Assembly (NCBI GenBank): GCA_964434935.1
Contig: CAYSWS010000004.1
Span: forward strand, 1 to 54,436
DNA length: 54,436 bases
Direction: 5' to 3'
DNA from: an uncultured Candidatus Saccharibacteria bacterium
GTDB taxonomy: Bacteria; Patescibacteriota; WWE3; UBA101185; UBA10185
Positions 27,925-36,253 of this stretch are shown here, piece by piece. A model generated the notes under the pieces. The model was given only the letters and a program-made list of their open reading frames with translations, did no database searches and was not told the DNA's origin. Position numbers and translations under genes: made by a program. Every line of letters begins with the position of its first letter. Position 1 is the first letter of the stretch.

Positions 27925-28466
27925 ACCGCTTAAGAGAAAAGTATGAAAAAGAAATAGTACCCCAGGTAACCAAGGAATTTGGTCTAAAAAGTATTATGGA
28001 GGTACCCAGGATCAAAAAGATCGTGGTGAATGCGGGTATTGGCAGTTTTAGAGACAGCCGGGAGTCGGTGGAAAGCTTCGAAAATGAGCTAGCGCTCATC
28101 CTCGGCCAAAGACCATATCCCAGAAAGGCCAGGCTTTCCGAAGCCGGCTTCAAGATCAAGAAAGGTGACGTGGTGGGTTACGCAGCCACTCTGAGAGGCG
28201 ACCGAATGTGGGCTTTTTTGGATAAATTGATCAGTATAGCTATTCCCAGGATCCGTGATTTTAGGGGGTTAGATATTAGTTCTTTCGATGAATCCGGTAA
28301 TTATTCACTTGGTATCTCAGAGCATATAATCTTTCCTGAAGTGAATCCCAATACCACCAAAGGTATAAGAAATCTGCAACTGACCATAGTCAGTACCAGC
28401 GACGACAAGAAGATCAACAAAGAGATATTAAGTTACTTGGGCATGCCGTTTAAGAAGGAGGAATAG
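27921..28466 (+). CDS. rplE: 50S ribosomal protein L5
   Basis: MNRLREKYEKEIVPQV...KIVVNAGIG...RGDRMWAFLDKLI...PRIRDFRG. Confidence 0.97.
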   Translation: MNRLREKYEKEIVPQVTKEFGLKSIMEVPRIKKIVVNAGIGSFRDSRESVESFENELALILGQRPYPRKARLSEAGFKIKKGDVVGYAATLRGDRMWAFLDKLISIAIPRIRDFRGLDISSFDESGNYSLGISEHIIFPEVNPNTTKGIRNLQLTIVSTSDDKKINKEILSYLGMPFKKEE

Positions 28467-28488
28467 TTTTGTTTTTAAATTAATTTAG

Positions 28489-28497
28489 TGATATATT
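28489..28497 (+). promoter_or_regulatory. Extended -10 element TGaTATATT in the rplE-rpsN spacer
   Basis: It lies in a 47-bp spacer, 16 nt upstream of ATG 28514, with no SD in between. Confidence 0.3.
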
Positions 28498-28513
28498 AAC
28501 AAACTGTTACATT

Positions 28514-28702
28514 ATGGCTAAGAAAGCATTAGTACAAAAGCATAAAAAGGGTAAATTCAGGTTTCCCGTCAGGCAGTATAACAGGTGTCGAATTTGTGGT
28601 AATCCCAGAGGTTTTATGAGACGTTTCGAGATCTGCCGTAAATGTTTCCGCGAGATGGCGCACAAAGGCGAGATCCCAGGTGTGAGAAAGGCTAGCTGGT
28701 AA
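28514..28702 (+). CDS. rpsN: 30S ribosomal protein S14, type Z (zinc-binding)
   Basis: 62 aa with [10 protein letters not shown]...CRKCFRE (CxxC...CxxC). Confidence 0.96.
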   Translation: MAKKALVQKHKKGKFRFPVRQYNRCRICGNPRGFMRRFEICRKCFREMAHKGEIPGVRKASW

Positions 28703-28704
28703 CC

Positions 28705-29103
28705 ATGAGCATGGATAGAGTGTCGAACATGTTAAGTTCGCTAAAAAATGCCGCCATGGCAGGCAACTCTTTTGTGGAAACTTTTTATTCTAAGGAATGC
28801 GAGGGTGTGGCCAAGGTATTAAAGGAAAAAGGCTTTTTGGACGATGTTAAGGTCTTTAAACCTAAAGGTAAAAGTCACAAAGGTTTAAGGCTGGACCTAG
28901 CCAAGGAGGATGGACTTATTAAATTGACCGAAGTTAAGAGAATGTCCAAACCGGGTAGAAGGCTTTATGTCAGATCTACTGATATCACGCCCGTGTCAGG
29001 TGGCCACGGCTTAGTGGTGGTGTCAACTTCGCGGGGGATAATGAGCGGGCAGGAAGCCAAAACTAAAAAATTAGGCGGAGAAATTATTTGTAAGGTTAAG
29101 TAA
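28705..29103 (+). CDS. rpsH: 30S ribosomal protein S8
   Basis: DRVSNMLSSLKNA...VVSTSRGIMS, 132 aa. Confidence 0.96.
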   Translation: MSMDRVSNMLSSLKNAAMAGNSFVETFYSKECEGVAKVLKEKGFLDDVKVFKPKGKSHKGLRLDLAKEDGLIKLTEVKRMSKPGRRLYVRSTDITPVSGGHGLVVVSTSRGIMSGQEAKTKKLGGEIICKVK

Positions 29104-29104
29104 G

Positions 29105-29644
29105 ATGTCAAGAATTGGTAAAAAGACCATTAAAATACCTGAGGGGGTAAATATAGAAACTAAAAACGGTGTTATTACCGTGAGGGGAAGTCTGGGAGAG
29201 CTTTCTTATGAGCTCAGACCCGAGGTGGAGATCTCACAGGAAGGTAGTGATTTGAACGTGACCTTAAAAGAATCAGCCAAGGGAGAAAGTGCTTATTGGG
29301 GCTTGACCCGAGCCTTGATAGCCAACATGATAAAAGGCGTGACCGAAGGCTTTGAAAAAAGACTGGAGTTGGTAGGTGTGGGTTACAGGGCAAAATCAGA
29401 ACCTTCCGGTATCTCCCTGACCTTGGGTTATTCTCATCCGGTGATCTTTGATAAGCCTGAGGGTGTGCAGATCGAGGTCGAAGATAATAAGAACATCCTT
29501 ATTAAAGGTATAAATAAACAATTGGTCGGGCAGACAGCCGCTAACATAAGAGCTTTAAGGAAACCCGAACCCTACAAAGGAAAAGGTATCAGATATAAAG
29601 ATGAAGTTGTGAGGATAAAGCCCGGGAAGGCAGGTAAGATCTAA
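29105..29644 (+). CDS. rplF: 50S ribosomal protein L6
   Basis: MSRIGKKTIKIPEGVNI...GVGYRA...PEPYKGKGIRY. Confidence 0.97.
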   Translation: MSRIGKKTIKIPEGVNIETKNGVITVRGSLGELSYELRPEVEISQEGSDLNVTLKESAKGESAYWGLTRALIANMIKGVTEGFEKRLELVGVGYRAKSEPSGISLTLGYSHPVIFDKPEGVQIEVEDNKNILIKGINKQLVGQTAANIRALRKPEPYKGKGIRYKDEVVRIKPGKAGKI

Positions 29645-29645
29645 C

Positions 29646-30008
29646 ATGCCAAAAGTGAATCTTAGAAAAACAAATAGAGAAAGAAGAAAACTTAGAGTGA
29701 AGAAGAAAGTATTTGGTACGGCTTCCAAACCAAGATTGTCCGTTTTTAGATCGAACAATTATTGTTATGGCCAGTTGATCGATGATAGTCAGGGCAAGAC
29801 ACTGCTGGGAGTTTCCCTGAAAGAAGTGCAAGACGTGCATAAGACAGGTACAAAATCTGAGGCCGCCCATAAGCTTGGTAAGCTGTTGGCGGAAAAAGCC
29901 GTGGGGAAAAAAATAAAAAGCGTGGTCTTTGATAGGAACGGGTATAAATATCACGGTAGGATCAAGCAAGTGGCCGAAGGAGCCAGAGAAGGGGGTTTAA
30001 CCTTATGA
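29646..30008 (+). CDS. rplR: 50S ribosomal protein L18
   Basis: RKLRVKKKVFGTASKPRLSVFRSNNYCYGQLIDD...VFDRNGYKYHGRIK. Confidence 0.96.
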   Translation: MPKVNLRKTNRERRKLRVKKKVFGTASKPRLSVFRSNNYCYGQLIDDSQGKTLLGVSLKEVQDVHKTGTKSEAAHKLGKLLAEKAVGKKIKSVVFDRNGYKYHGRIKQVAEGAREGGLTL

Positions 30009-30481
30009 ATACCGCACCTGGCGCTTATGTGCGCGCCAAAGAATTCGAAGAGAGAGTTTATCATATAAAAAGAGTGTCGAAAAAGACCACCGGGGGTAAT
30101 GCCATTGGTTTTACAGCTTTAGCCGTGGTTGGGGATCATAACGGCAGGGTAGGTGCCGGCTTGGGTAAATCTAAAGATATATCCAAAGCTATACAAAAAG
30201 CGATCAATAAAGCCAAAGATCACGTAGTAGATATAAACATGAGAAACACGACCATACCCCATGAAGTAAGCTATAAGTATGCCGCCGCCGAGGTTCTGTT
30301 AAAACCGGCTCCGGAGGGGTCGGGAATTATTGCCGGTGGCCCGGTGAGAGTAGTTTTGGAATTAGCAGGCATCAAGGATATTTCTGCCAAAATGCTAGGC
30401 TCAAGTAACAAGCTGGCCAATGTCCGCGGCACCATCGAAGCTTTGAAAAAATTGAAAAAGGATAAAAATGAGACTGCATAA
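30005..30481 (+). CDS. rpsE: 30S ribosomal protein S5
   Basis: ERVYHIKRVSKKTTGGNAIGFTALAVVGDHNGRVGAGLGKSKD... Confidence 0.96.
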   Translation: MNTAPGAYVRAKEFEERVYHIKRVSKKTTGGNAIGFTALAVVGDHNGRVGAGLGKSKDISKAIQKAINKAKDHVVDINMRNTTIPHEVSYKYAAAEVLLKPAPEGSGIIAGGPVRVVLELAGIKDISAKMLGSSNKLANVRGTIEALKKLKKDKNETA

Positions 30482-30917
30482 TCTGGTTAAACCAAAAAGC
30501 AAAACATCCGGTAAAAAAAGAGTGGGTAGGGGTTACGGCAGCGGAAAAGGTGGACATACTTCCGGTTTAGGTCAGAAGGGCCAAAAGTCCAGAGGCAAGG
30601 GCAACATACCGGCCGGTTTTGAAGGTGGCCAGGTTCCTCTGTTCAAGAAAATGCCTAAGATCTCGAGCTTTAAGGGCGTGAAACATAAAAGAATAGTGAC
30701 AGTGCCCTTGGTCAGTTTGAATAAATATAAAGATGGTGAGAAAGTCACCCCAGAATCTCTTTTGAAAAAAGGCATCATCATCCGACTTCCCAGAGATGGT
30801 GTTAAAATATTGGGTAATGGGGCACTTCATAAAAAACTTGAGATAGAGGGCTTTTTGCTGACTAAAGGGGCGCGGGATAGAATCATTAGCTCAGAATCAA
30901 AAATAATTGAATCTTAA
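30468..30917 (+). CDS. rplO: 50S ribosomal protein L15
   Basis: MRLHNLVKPKSKTSGKKRVGRGYGSGKGGHTSGLGQKGQKSR. It overlaps rpsE by 14 nt, leaving no room for rpmD. Confidence 0.96.
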   Translation: MRLHNLVKPKSKTSGKKRVGRGYGSGKGGHTSGLGQKGQKSRGKGNIPAGFEGGQVPLFKKMPKISSFKGVKHKRIVTVPLVSLNKYKDGEKVTPESLLKKGIIIRLPRDGVKILGNGALHKKLEIEGFLLTKGARDRIISSESKIIES

Positions 30918-30919
30918 AC

Positions 30920-32176
30920 ATGTTAAAGCTACTTAAAAACGAAGAGATCAGAAAGAAGATCCTATTTTCATTATTGGCCATAGTTGTTTTTAGAACCCTA
31001 GCCCACGTTCCTGTTCCCGGAGTGGACCTACGCGCGGTAAGATCTTATTTGAGTAGCAGTGCTATTTTTGGTATGTTCGATCTCTTCAGTGGCGGCGGTT
31101 TTCAGAACTTTTCCATTGTCACCTTGGGTTTAGGGCCTTATATTAACGCTTCTATCATCTTGCAGTTGTTTGGGAAAGTAATTCCTGCATTGGACGAGCT
31201 GCAAAAAGAAGGTGAGGCCGGCAGAGAAAAACTGAATATGTATACTAAGCTTCTTACCGTGCCCTTGTCCCTGATCCAAGCATATGGCGTTTACTTTTTG
31301 TTAAGTAAACAGAGTGTTATCACCTCACTTGGTGTTATGGACCTAGTCGTGCTCCTGCTGGCGCAAGTAGGTGGTTCCATGATCTTGATCTGGTTAGGAG
31401 ATCTAGTGACTGAGTATGGAGTGGGCCAAGGAATCTCCCTGCTCATATTTGTGGGTATAATAAGCCGTTTGCCTCAAGGGGTTCTCAGTCTGGTCTCGCT
31501 CTTGGATAAATACAGCCTTGTGGCTTTGCTGGCTCTCCTGGGTGCGACAGTCTTGATAATTATGGCCATAGTTCTGGTTAATGAGGGTACTAGAAATATT
31601 CCCATAGAATATGGTAGAAGAGGGGTCCGATCTCAGAAAGTAACAAACTTCTTACCTATAAAAATAAATCAAGCCGGTGTCATTCCCATTATATTTGCTG
31701 TTTCTTTGGTTTTAGTGCCCTCACTGGTAAGCGGACCGTTACTGGCCACATCGTCCGCATTCCTCAAGACCCTGGGAAGCTTCCTGGCTAAGAATTTTTC
31801 ATCAGGCTCCGTTGTCTATAATATGTTCTATTTTATGCTGGTTTTTGGTTTTACTTTCTTTTACACCTTTATGCAGTTCGATCCGGTGAAGATCGCCGAT
31901 GACGTGAAAAAAAGAGGCGGCTTCATCCCCGGTATAAGACCGGGCAGGGCAACAGCTGATTATCTGAGAAAGATAGTTATCAGATTGACGCTAGTGGGAG
32001 CCATATTTTTGGGCACCATAGCCATTCTGCCTTATATCATTCAGTCGTTCACAGGACTTACTAGATTAGCCATAGGTGGAACGGGTATACTTATAGTAGT
32101 ATCAGTGGTTCTGGAGACCATTCGTCAAGTGGAGTCCATGATGGTGACCAGGAACTACCAAAGCTTTTTACAATAA
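30920..32176 (+). CDS. secY: Preprotein translocase subunit SecY
   Basis: 10-TM protein of 418 aa with LGLGPYINASIILQL and GFIPGIRPG motifs, in the spc operon position. Confidence 0.96.
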   Translation: MLKLLKNEEIRKKILFSLLAIVVFRTLAHVPVPGVDLRAVRSYLSSSAIFGMFDLFSGGGFQNFSIVTLGLGPYINASIILQLFGKVIPALDELQKEGEAGREKLNMYTKLLTVPLSLIQAYGVYFLLSKQSVITSLGVMDLVVLLLAQVGGSMILIWLGDLVTEYGVGQGISLLIFVGIISRLPQGVLSLVSLLDKYSLVALLALLGATVLIIMAIVLVNEGTRNIPIEYGRRGVRSQKVTNFLPIKINQAGVIPIIFAVSLVLVPSLVSGPLLATSSAFLKTLGSFLAKNFSSGSVVYNMFYFMLVFGFTFFYTFMQFDPVKIADDVKKRGGFIPGIRPGRATADYLRKIVIRLTLVGAIFLGTIAILPYIIQSFTGLTRLAIGGTGILIVVSVVLETIRQVESMMVTRNYQSFLQ

Positions 32177-32180
32177 AAAT

Positions 32181-32444
32181 ATGATAAATCCAAAAGAACT
32201 TTATCGATTAAGAAAAGAGCAGTCCAAGCTGCAAAAACAAATGGAGCAGATATTTGCCACAGTTGAGAAGCAGGATGTCAAAGTGGTGGTGAGAGGTGAT
32301 AGGAAAATAGAAGCCATTTATATTGAAGGCGAAGAGCAGAAGGATCTGAGAGATATGATCAACGACGCCATCAAAGATGTCAACAAAAAAGTGGAAAAGC
32401 AACTCAGGGGCCAATTAAGCGAACTAGGTTTTCCCGGTTTATAA
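32181..32444 (+). CDS. ybaB: YbaB/EbfC-family nucleoid-associated DNA-binding protein
   Basis: 87 aa. The layout matches YbaB proteins: a coiled N-terminus (QSKLQKQMEQ), a beta core (VKVVVRGDRKIEAIYI), a helix (LRDMINDAIKDVNKKVEK) and a C-terminal ELGFPGL. Confidence 0.7.
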   Translation: MINPKELYRLRKEQSKLQKQMEQIFATVEKQDVKVVVRGDRKIEAIYIEGEEQKDLRDMINDAIKDVNKKVEKQLRGQLSELGFPGL

Positions 32445-32448
32445 CTAT

Positions 32449-33066
32449 ATGGTCATTTTATTGATCGGACCTCCGGCCAGCGGAAAAGGCACCATAGGCA
32501 AAATGCTCAGCCAGTATCTGGGTTTGTCTCTGGTAAGTTTAGGTAAGATACTCAGAGAGATTCCTCAGGATTCCCTATGGCACGAACCTATCCAGCAGGC
32601 CATGGAGCAGGGAGAGCTAGCCTCAAACAGCATTTTGGGAGGTTTTTTAACAGAGATAGTTAAGGATTCCCGTTACGAGAGCGGTTATGTACTAGACGGT
32701 TGGTTAAGGCAAATGTCCGATCTGGAGTTTTTCGATCCCAAACCTGACCTGGTACTTTTTCTTAATGTTTCATTTGAGACTTCCCTGGAGAGAACGTTAT
32801 CCAGAAGGATCTGCGAGCAGGGTGGGCATACTTACAATCTCATTTCCAACCCACCGCAGAAGGAAGGTATATGTGATGTTGACGGCAGCCGTCTGGTGAG
32901 TCGCGATGACGACACCGAGGAAGTACTTAAACATAGATGGCAGATCTTTACACAGAGAACTGTGGAAGTCATTGAACATTACAAAGCCAAAGGCGTTGTT
33001 AAAGAGATCTCAGCCGAAGGAACTCCAGAAAGCATATTTAAACAAGTAAAAGATAAGATGCTATAA
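32449..33066 (+). CDS. adk: Adenylate kinase
   Basis: P-loop LIGPPASGKGT, DGWLRQ (DGFPR-like) and a LID segment RRICEQGGHTYN...CDVDGSRLVSRDDD. Confidence 0.93.
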   Translation: MVILLIGPPASGKGTIGKMLSQYLGLSLVSLGKILREIPQDSLWHEPIQQAMEQGELASNSILGGFLTEIVKDSRYESGYVLDGWLRQMSDLEFFDPKPDLVLFLNVSFETSLERTLSRRICEQGGHTYNLISNPPQKEGICDVDGSRLVSRDDDTEEVLKHRWQIFTQRTVEVIEHYKAKGVVKEISAEGTPESIFKQVKDKML

Positions 33067-33075
33067 TTTTTACTA

Positions 33076-34053
33076 ATGAGAGCTTATCTGCCGGATTCGA
33101 CAAGCGGTATAGAAAAATACCAATTTATCTATCATTTTATACCCCACAAAGAGCATAAAAGTAGAGCCAGGCTGTTGTCTCACGGGGCCTTGATATCATA
33201 CAGCTTTGTTCTGGTGGTATTTGCCGTGTTGATAAGATTCCTACCGGCTTTTGCTCCGGGGGTCCTGGGCTATGCCTCAGATATCAACGTCAGCGACCTC
33301 TTGAGATATACAAATGAAAGACGGGCTAAAGTGGGCTTGAGGCCCCTTTCCTTGAACAAGGAGCTGAATGATGCGGCATATAAAAAGGCCAACGATATGT
33401 TCAAAGTTGGTTACTGGGCTCATGTTTCTCCTTTGGGAACAAAGCCTTGGGATTTTGTTCTCAACGAAGGTTACGATTATATATATGCCGGTGAAAATCT
33501 GGCTAAGAATTTTTCCAATTCTGAGGATGTGGTACAAGCTTGGTACGATTCGCCCACGCATCGGGAGAACCTGCTTAGTCCCAATTATGATGATATGGGT
33601 TTTGCCATTGTGAATGGTGTACTGGATGGCTACGAAACCACCATTGTGGTGCAGATGTTCGGACGGTTAAGGGCACCAACGCAATTGGCAGCCGTGAACG
33701 AAATCAGCGAAGGCTTTCCTAGTACACAAGTACCCATAACCGAACCGGAAGAAGTGGTACCTAAAGAAGCCGTAGAAGTGAAGAGTGCACCTGAGCCGGC
33801 GTTAGCCAACCTACAGTCAGGAACTCTCCCTGCGGCTGAGAAGGAAAAAGGTTTTGTGGACGTGAGAGCCGTTACCCAATCCATCACCATAGTGTTTGGT
33901 GGGTTTGTCACAGCCTTGCTGGGGGTTGATATATGGTATTCCAAAAAACACGGTATATTTAAGTTAACAGGACATACTCTGGCGCACCTGGCTTTTCTAC
34001 TGGTGGCCATTGCCAGTGTGATGTTGTCGGTATTTCCGGGGTCAGTACTATGA
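33076..34053 (+). CDS. CAP/SCP/PR1-like (YkwD-type) domain protein anchored by N- and C-terminal TM helices
   Basis: N-terminal TM (ISYSFVLVVFAVLIRFL). CAP core YTNERRAKVGL-PL-LN-ELNDAAY-KA-DM...YAGENLA...AWYDSPTHRENLL-P-Y-DMGFA. A Pro/Glu-rich linker. Two C-terminal TM helices. Confidence 0.85.
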   Translation: MRAYLPDSTSGIEKYQFIYHFIPHKEHKSRARLLSHGALISYSFVLVVFAVLIRFLPAFAPGVLGYASDINVSDLLRYTNERRAKVGLRPLSLNKELNDAAYKKANDMFKVGYWAHVSPLGTKPWDFVLNEGYDYIYAGENLAKNFSNSEDVVQAWYDSPTHRENLLSPNYDDMGFAIVNGVLDGYETTIVVQMFGRLRAPTQLAAVNEISEGFPSTQVPITEPEEVVPKEAVEVKSAPEPALANLQSGTLPAAEKEKGFVDVRAVTQSITIVFGGFVTALLGVDIWYSKKHGIFKLTGHTLAHLAFLLVAIASVMLSVFPGSVL

Positions 34054-34307
34054 AACAAAGCAGTTATAAATTGATCGAATATACAATGCTCTTATTTGGT
34101 GTGATCATTTTTGCCCTATCTTTTTGGCAGAGTCGGCATCATGTTGGCCAGCAGATAATCATCACTGCCGGTGCCGCGGTCTTTTACGTTATATGGGGAC
34201 TCGTGCACCACTGGATGGAAAAAAGACTGACTTTAGAAATAGCCTTGGAGTACGTCCTCATGGGAGCGTTCACTTTCCTGCTTGTTTTAATTGCCCTTGG
34301 TGTTTAA
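34050..34307 (+). CDS. Small three-helix membrane protein
   Basis: 85 aa with three hydrophobic segments. Its ATG overlaps the CAP gene stop (ATGA). No family recognised. Confidence 0.55.
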   Translation: MKQSSYKLIEYTMLLFGVIIFALSFWQSRHHVGQQIIITAGAAVFYVIWGLVHHWMEKRLTLEIALEYVLMGAFTFLLVLIALGV

Positions 34308-34319
34308 TATTTACAAGCT

Positions 34320-35438
34320 ATGAAAGTCGTTGTTGTCATCCCGACCTATAATGAACGAGAAAATATAAAACTGCTCATCCCAGCCTTGTTCGAACAGTTC
34401 AAAAAACTTCCCCAACACGATATGCATATTCTGGTGGTGGACGGTAATTCCCCTGACGGTACGGCCAAGGAGGTGCTTGAATTTCAGGAAAAGAACACCA
34501 ATATACACTTACTTAAAGAGACGAATAAATCCGGGTTGGGTGCGGCCTACATTTATGGTTTTCAGTTTGCTGTAGAAAAGCTTGGAGCCGAAGTTCTGGT
34601 AGAAATGGACGCGGATTTTCAGCATGATCCCAAGGATCTGGTCAAGATGCTTAAGACTTTTGATGAGGGGTACGATTATGTCATCGGTTCCAGATACGTA
34701 AAAGGCGGCAGTATTCCCAAGCAATGGGCGCTATATAGAAAATTATTGAGTTTGGGAGGCAGCCTGTTCACAAAAATTGTGCTTGGGATATACGATATCA
34801 ATGACTTCACCACCGGATTCAAGGTATCCAGAGTGCACGGCTTTGTCGATAAGATAGATCTTAGTGAGGTCAACTCATCTGGTTTTGCCTATAAAATAGA
34901 CCTGCTGTATAAAATGCATAACCTAGGCGCCAGGATGGTTGAAGTGCCGATCAAGTTTGGTCTGCGGGATAGGGGCGATTCCAAAATGGAGAAAGACAAC
35001 ATGCTGGATTCTTTAAGGGTAGTGCTACTGCTGAGGTACCGCAAAAGCCAAAGTTTTTTCAAGTTCATTGTGGTTGGCTTTGCTGGTTTGTTCACGGACA
35101 GTGGACTTTTTACCATATTAAGGTTGACCCCCTTAGCTTCGGCTTATGCCAGTGCCACTTCCGGTTTTATCGCCATGGTCACGACGTTCGCTTTGAATAA
35201 TGTATGGAGTTTTAAAGAACGAAAACTTGAAGGTACTAAGAAAAAGGCCACCAGCTTTATGGTCTACTTTGCCTCTTCTTACATACCAATTATTTTTCGA
35301 TCTTGGCTCATAAGCCTTTCTGTTTCACACTATGGCGATAAGGCCCTTGTAGCTTACAGCGCTTTTTTTGTAGGCATAGTGGTTGGTTTGATCTGGAATT
35401 ATACTGTTTACAGCCGCGTGATTTGGAAAAAGAAATAG
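34320..35438 (+). CDS. GT2 polyprenyl-phosphate sugar (Dpm1-like mannose) synthase fused to a GtrA-like C-terminal membrane domain
   Basis: VVVIPTYNERENI, VVDGNSPDGT and EMDADFQHDP form the GT2 core. The C-terminal ~130 aa form four helices starting FFKFIVVGFAGLFTDSGLF (GtrA signature). Confidence 0.85.
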   Translation: MKVVVVIPTYNERENIKLLIPALFEQFKKLPQHDMHILVVDGNSPDGTAKEVLEFQEKNTNIHLLKETNKSGLGAAYIYGFQFAVEKLGAEVLVEMDADFQHDPKDLVKMLKTFDEGYDYVIGSRYVKGGSIPKQWALYRKLLSLGGSLFTKIVLGIYDINDFTTGFKVSRVHGFVDKIDLSEVNSSGFAYKIDLLYKMHNLGARMVEVPIKFGLRDRGDSKMEKDNMLDSLRVVLLLRYRKSQSFFKFIVVGFAGLFTDSGLFTILRLTPLASAYASATSGFIAMVTTFALNNVWSFKERKLEGTKKKATSFMVYFASSYIPIIFRSWLISLSVSHYGDKALVAYSAFFVGIVVGLIWNYTVYSRVIWKKK

Positions 35439-35469
35439 TTATTTGTAAAATATGGTGTAGTTTAAATAT

Positions 35470-36225
35470 ATGTACGAATTTTCGATCATCATACCGGCTT
35501 ACAATGAAGCGGATAAAATAATTCCTACCCTCACCCAAGTCCTCACTTTTATGAGAAATTACTCCGATTCTTTTGAAGTGATAGCTGTGGATGACGGCAG
35601 TGATGATAATACGGCGGATCTGATAGAGAACTACACACACGAAAATCCGGAAATAAAGATCATGAGAAATTCTCATAAGGGGAAGGGTCCTTCAGTTTGG
35701 TCAGGCATGATGAAAGCTGAAGGCAGATACATTTACATGGCAGATGCTGATCTTTCCACGCCCATTGATGAGTTGAAAAAGTTAATGCCCTGGATCATTG
35801 AACACGGTTTTGATATTGTTATTGCCTCCAGAGAAGGCATAGGCGCCAGCAGGGTCAATGAGCCCCATTATAGGCATTTGATGGGGAGGTTTTTTAATTA
35901 CTTAGTACAAATGGTAGCCTTGCCGGGAATAAAAGATTCGCAATGCGGGTTCAAGCTTTTTACCAAGAGGGCTGCTAAAGAGATCTTTAAGAAGTTGTCG
36001 ATATACGGTAAAGAGGCCAAGGAGCAGAAAAAGGGTTACATGGGCGCCTTTGACGTTGAGGTCCTTTATCTGGCCAGAAAAATGGGTTTCAAGATAAAAG
36101 AAGTTTCCGTGACCTGGACTTATGTGAAAACTAGTAGATTGAACCCCCTGAGCGATTCCATTAAAATGGTAAGGGATGTTCTAAAAGTTCGTGTGAACGA
36201 TATGAGAGGCTTGTACAAAGTATAA
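35470..36225 (+). CDS. GT2 glycosyltransferase (Alg5/polyprenyl-phosphate glucosyltransferase-like)
   Basis: SIIIPAYNEADKI, VDDGSDDNT, ADADLSTP and DSQCGFKLF motifs. Soluble, 251 aa. Confidence 0.85.
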   Translation: MYEFSIIIPAYNEADKIIPTLTQVLTFMRNYSDSFEVIAVDDGSDDNTADLIENYTHENPEIKIMRNSHKGKGPSVWSGMMKAEGRYIYMADADLSTPIDELKKLMPWIIEHGFDIVIASREGIGASRVNEPHYRHLMGRFFNYLVQMVALPGIKDSQCGFKLFTKRAAKEIFKKLSIYGKEAKEQKKGYMGAFDVEVLYLARKMGFKIKEVSVTWTYVKTSRLNPLSDSIKMVRDVLKVRVNDMRGLYKV

Positions 36226-36253
36226 GTTTTCTGCCCGGAAGGAGTTTCCATTA

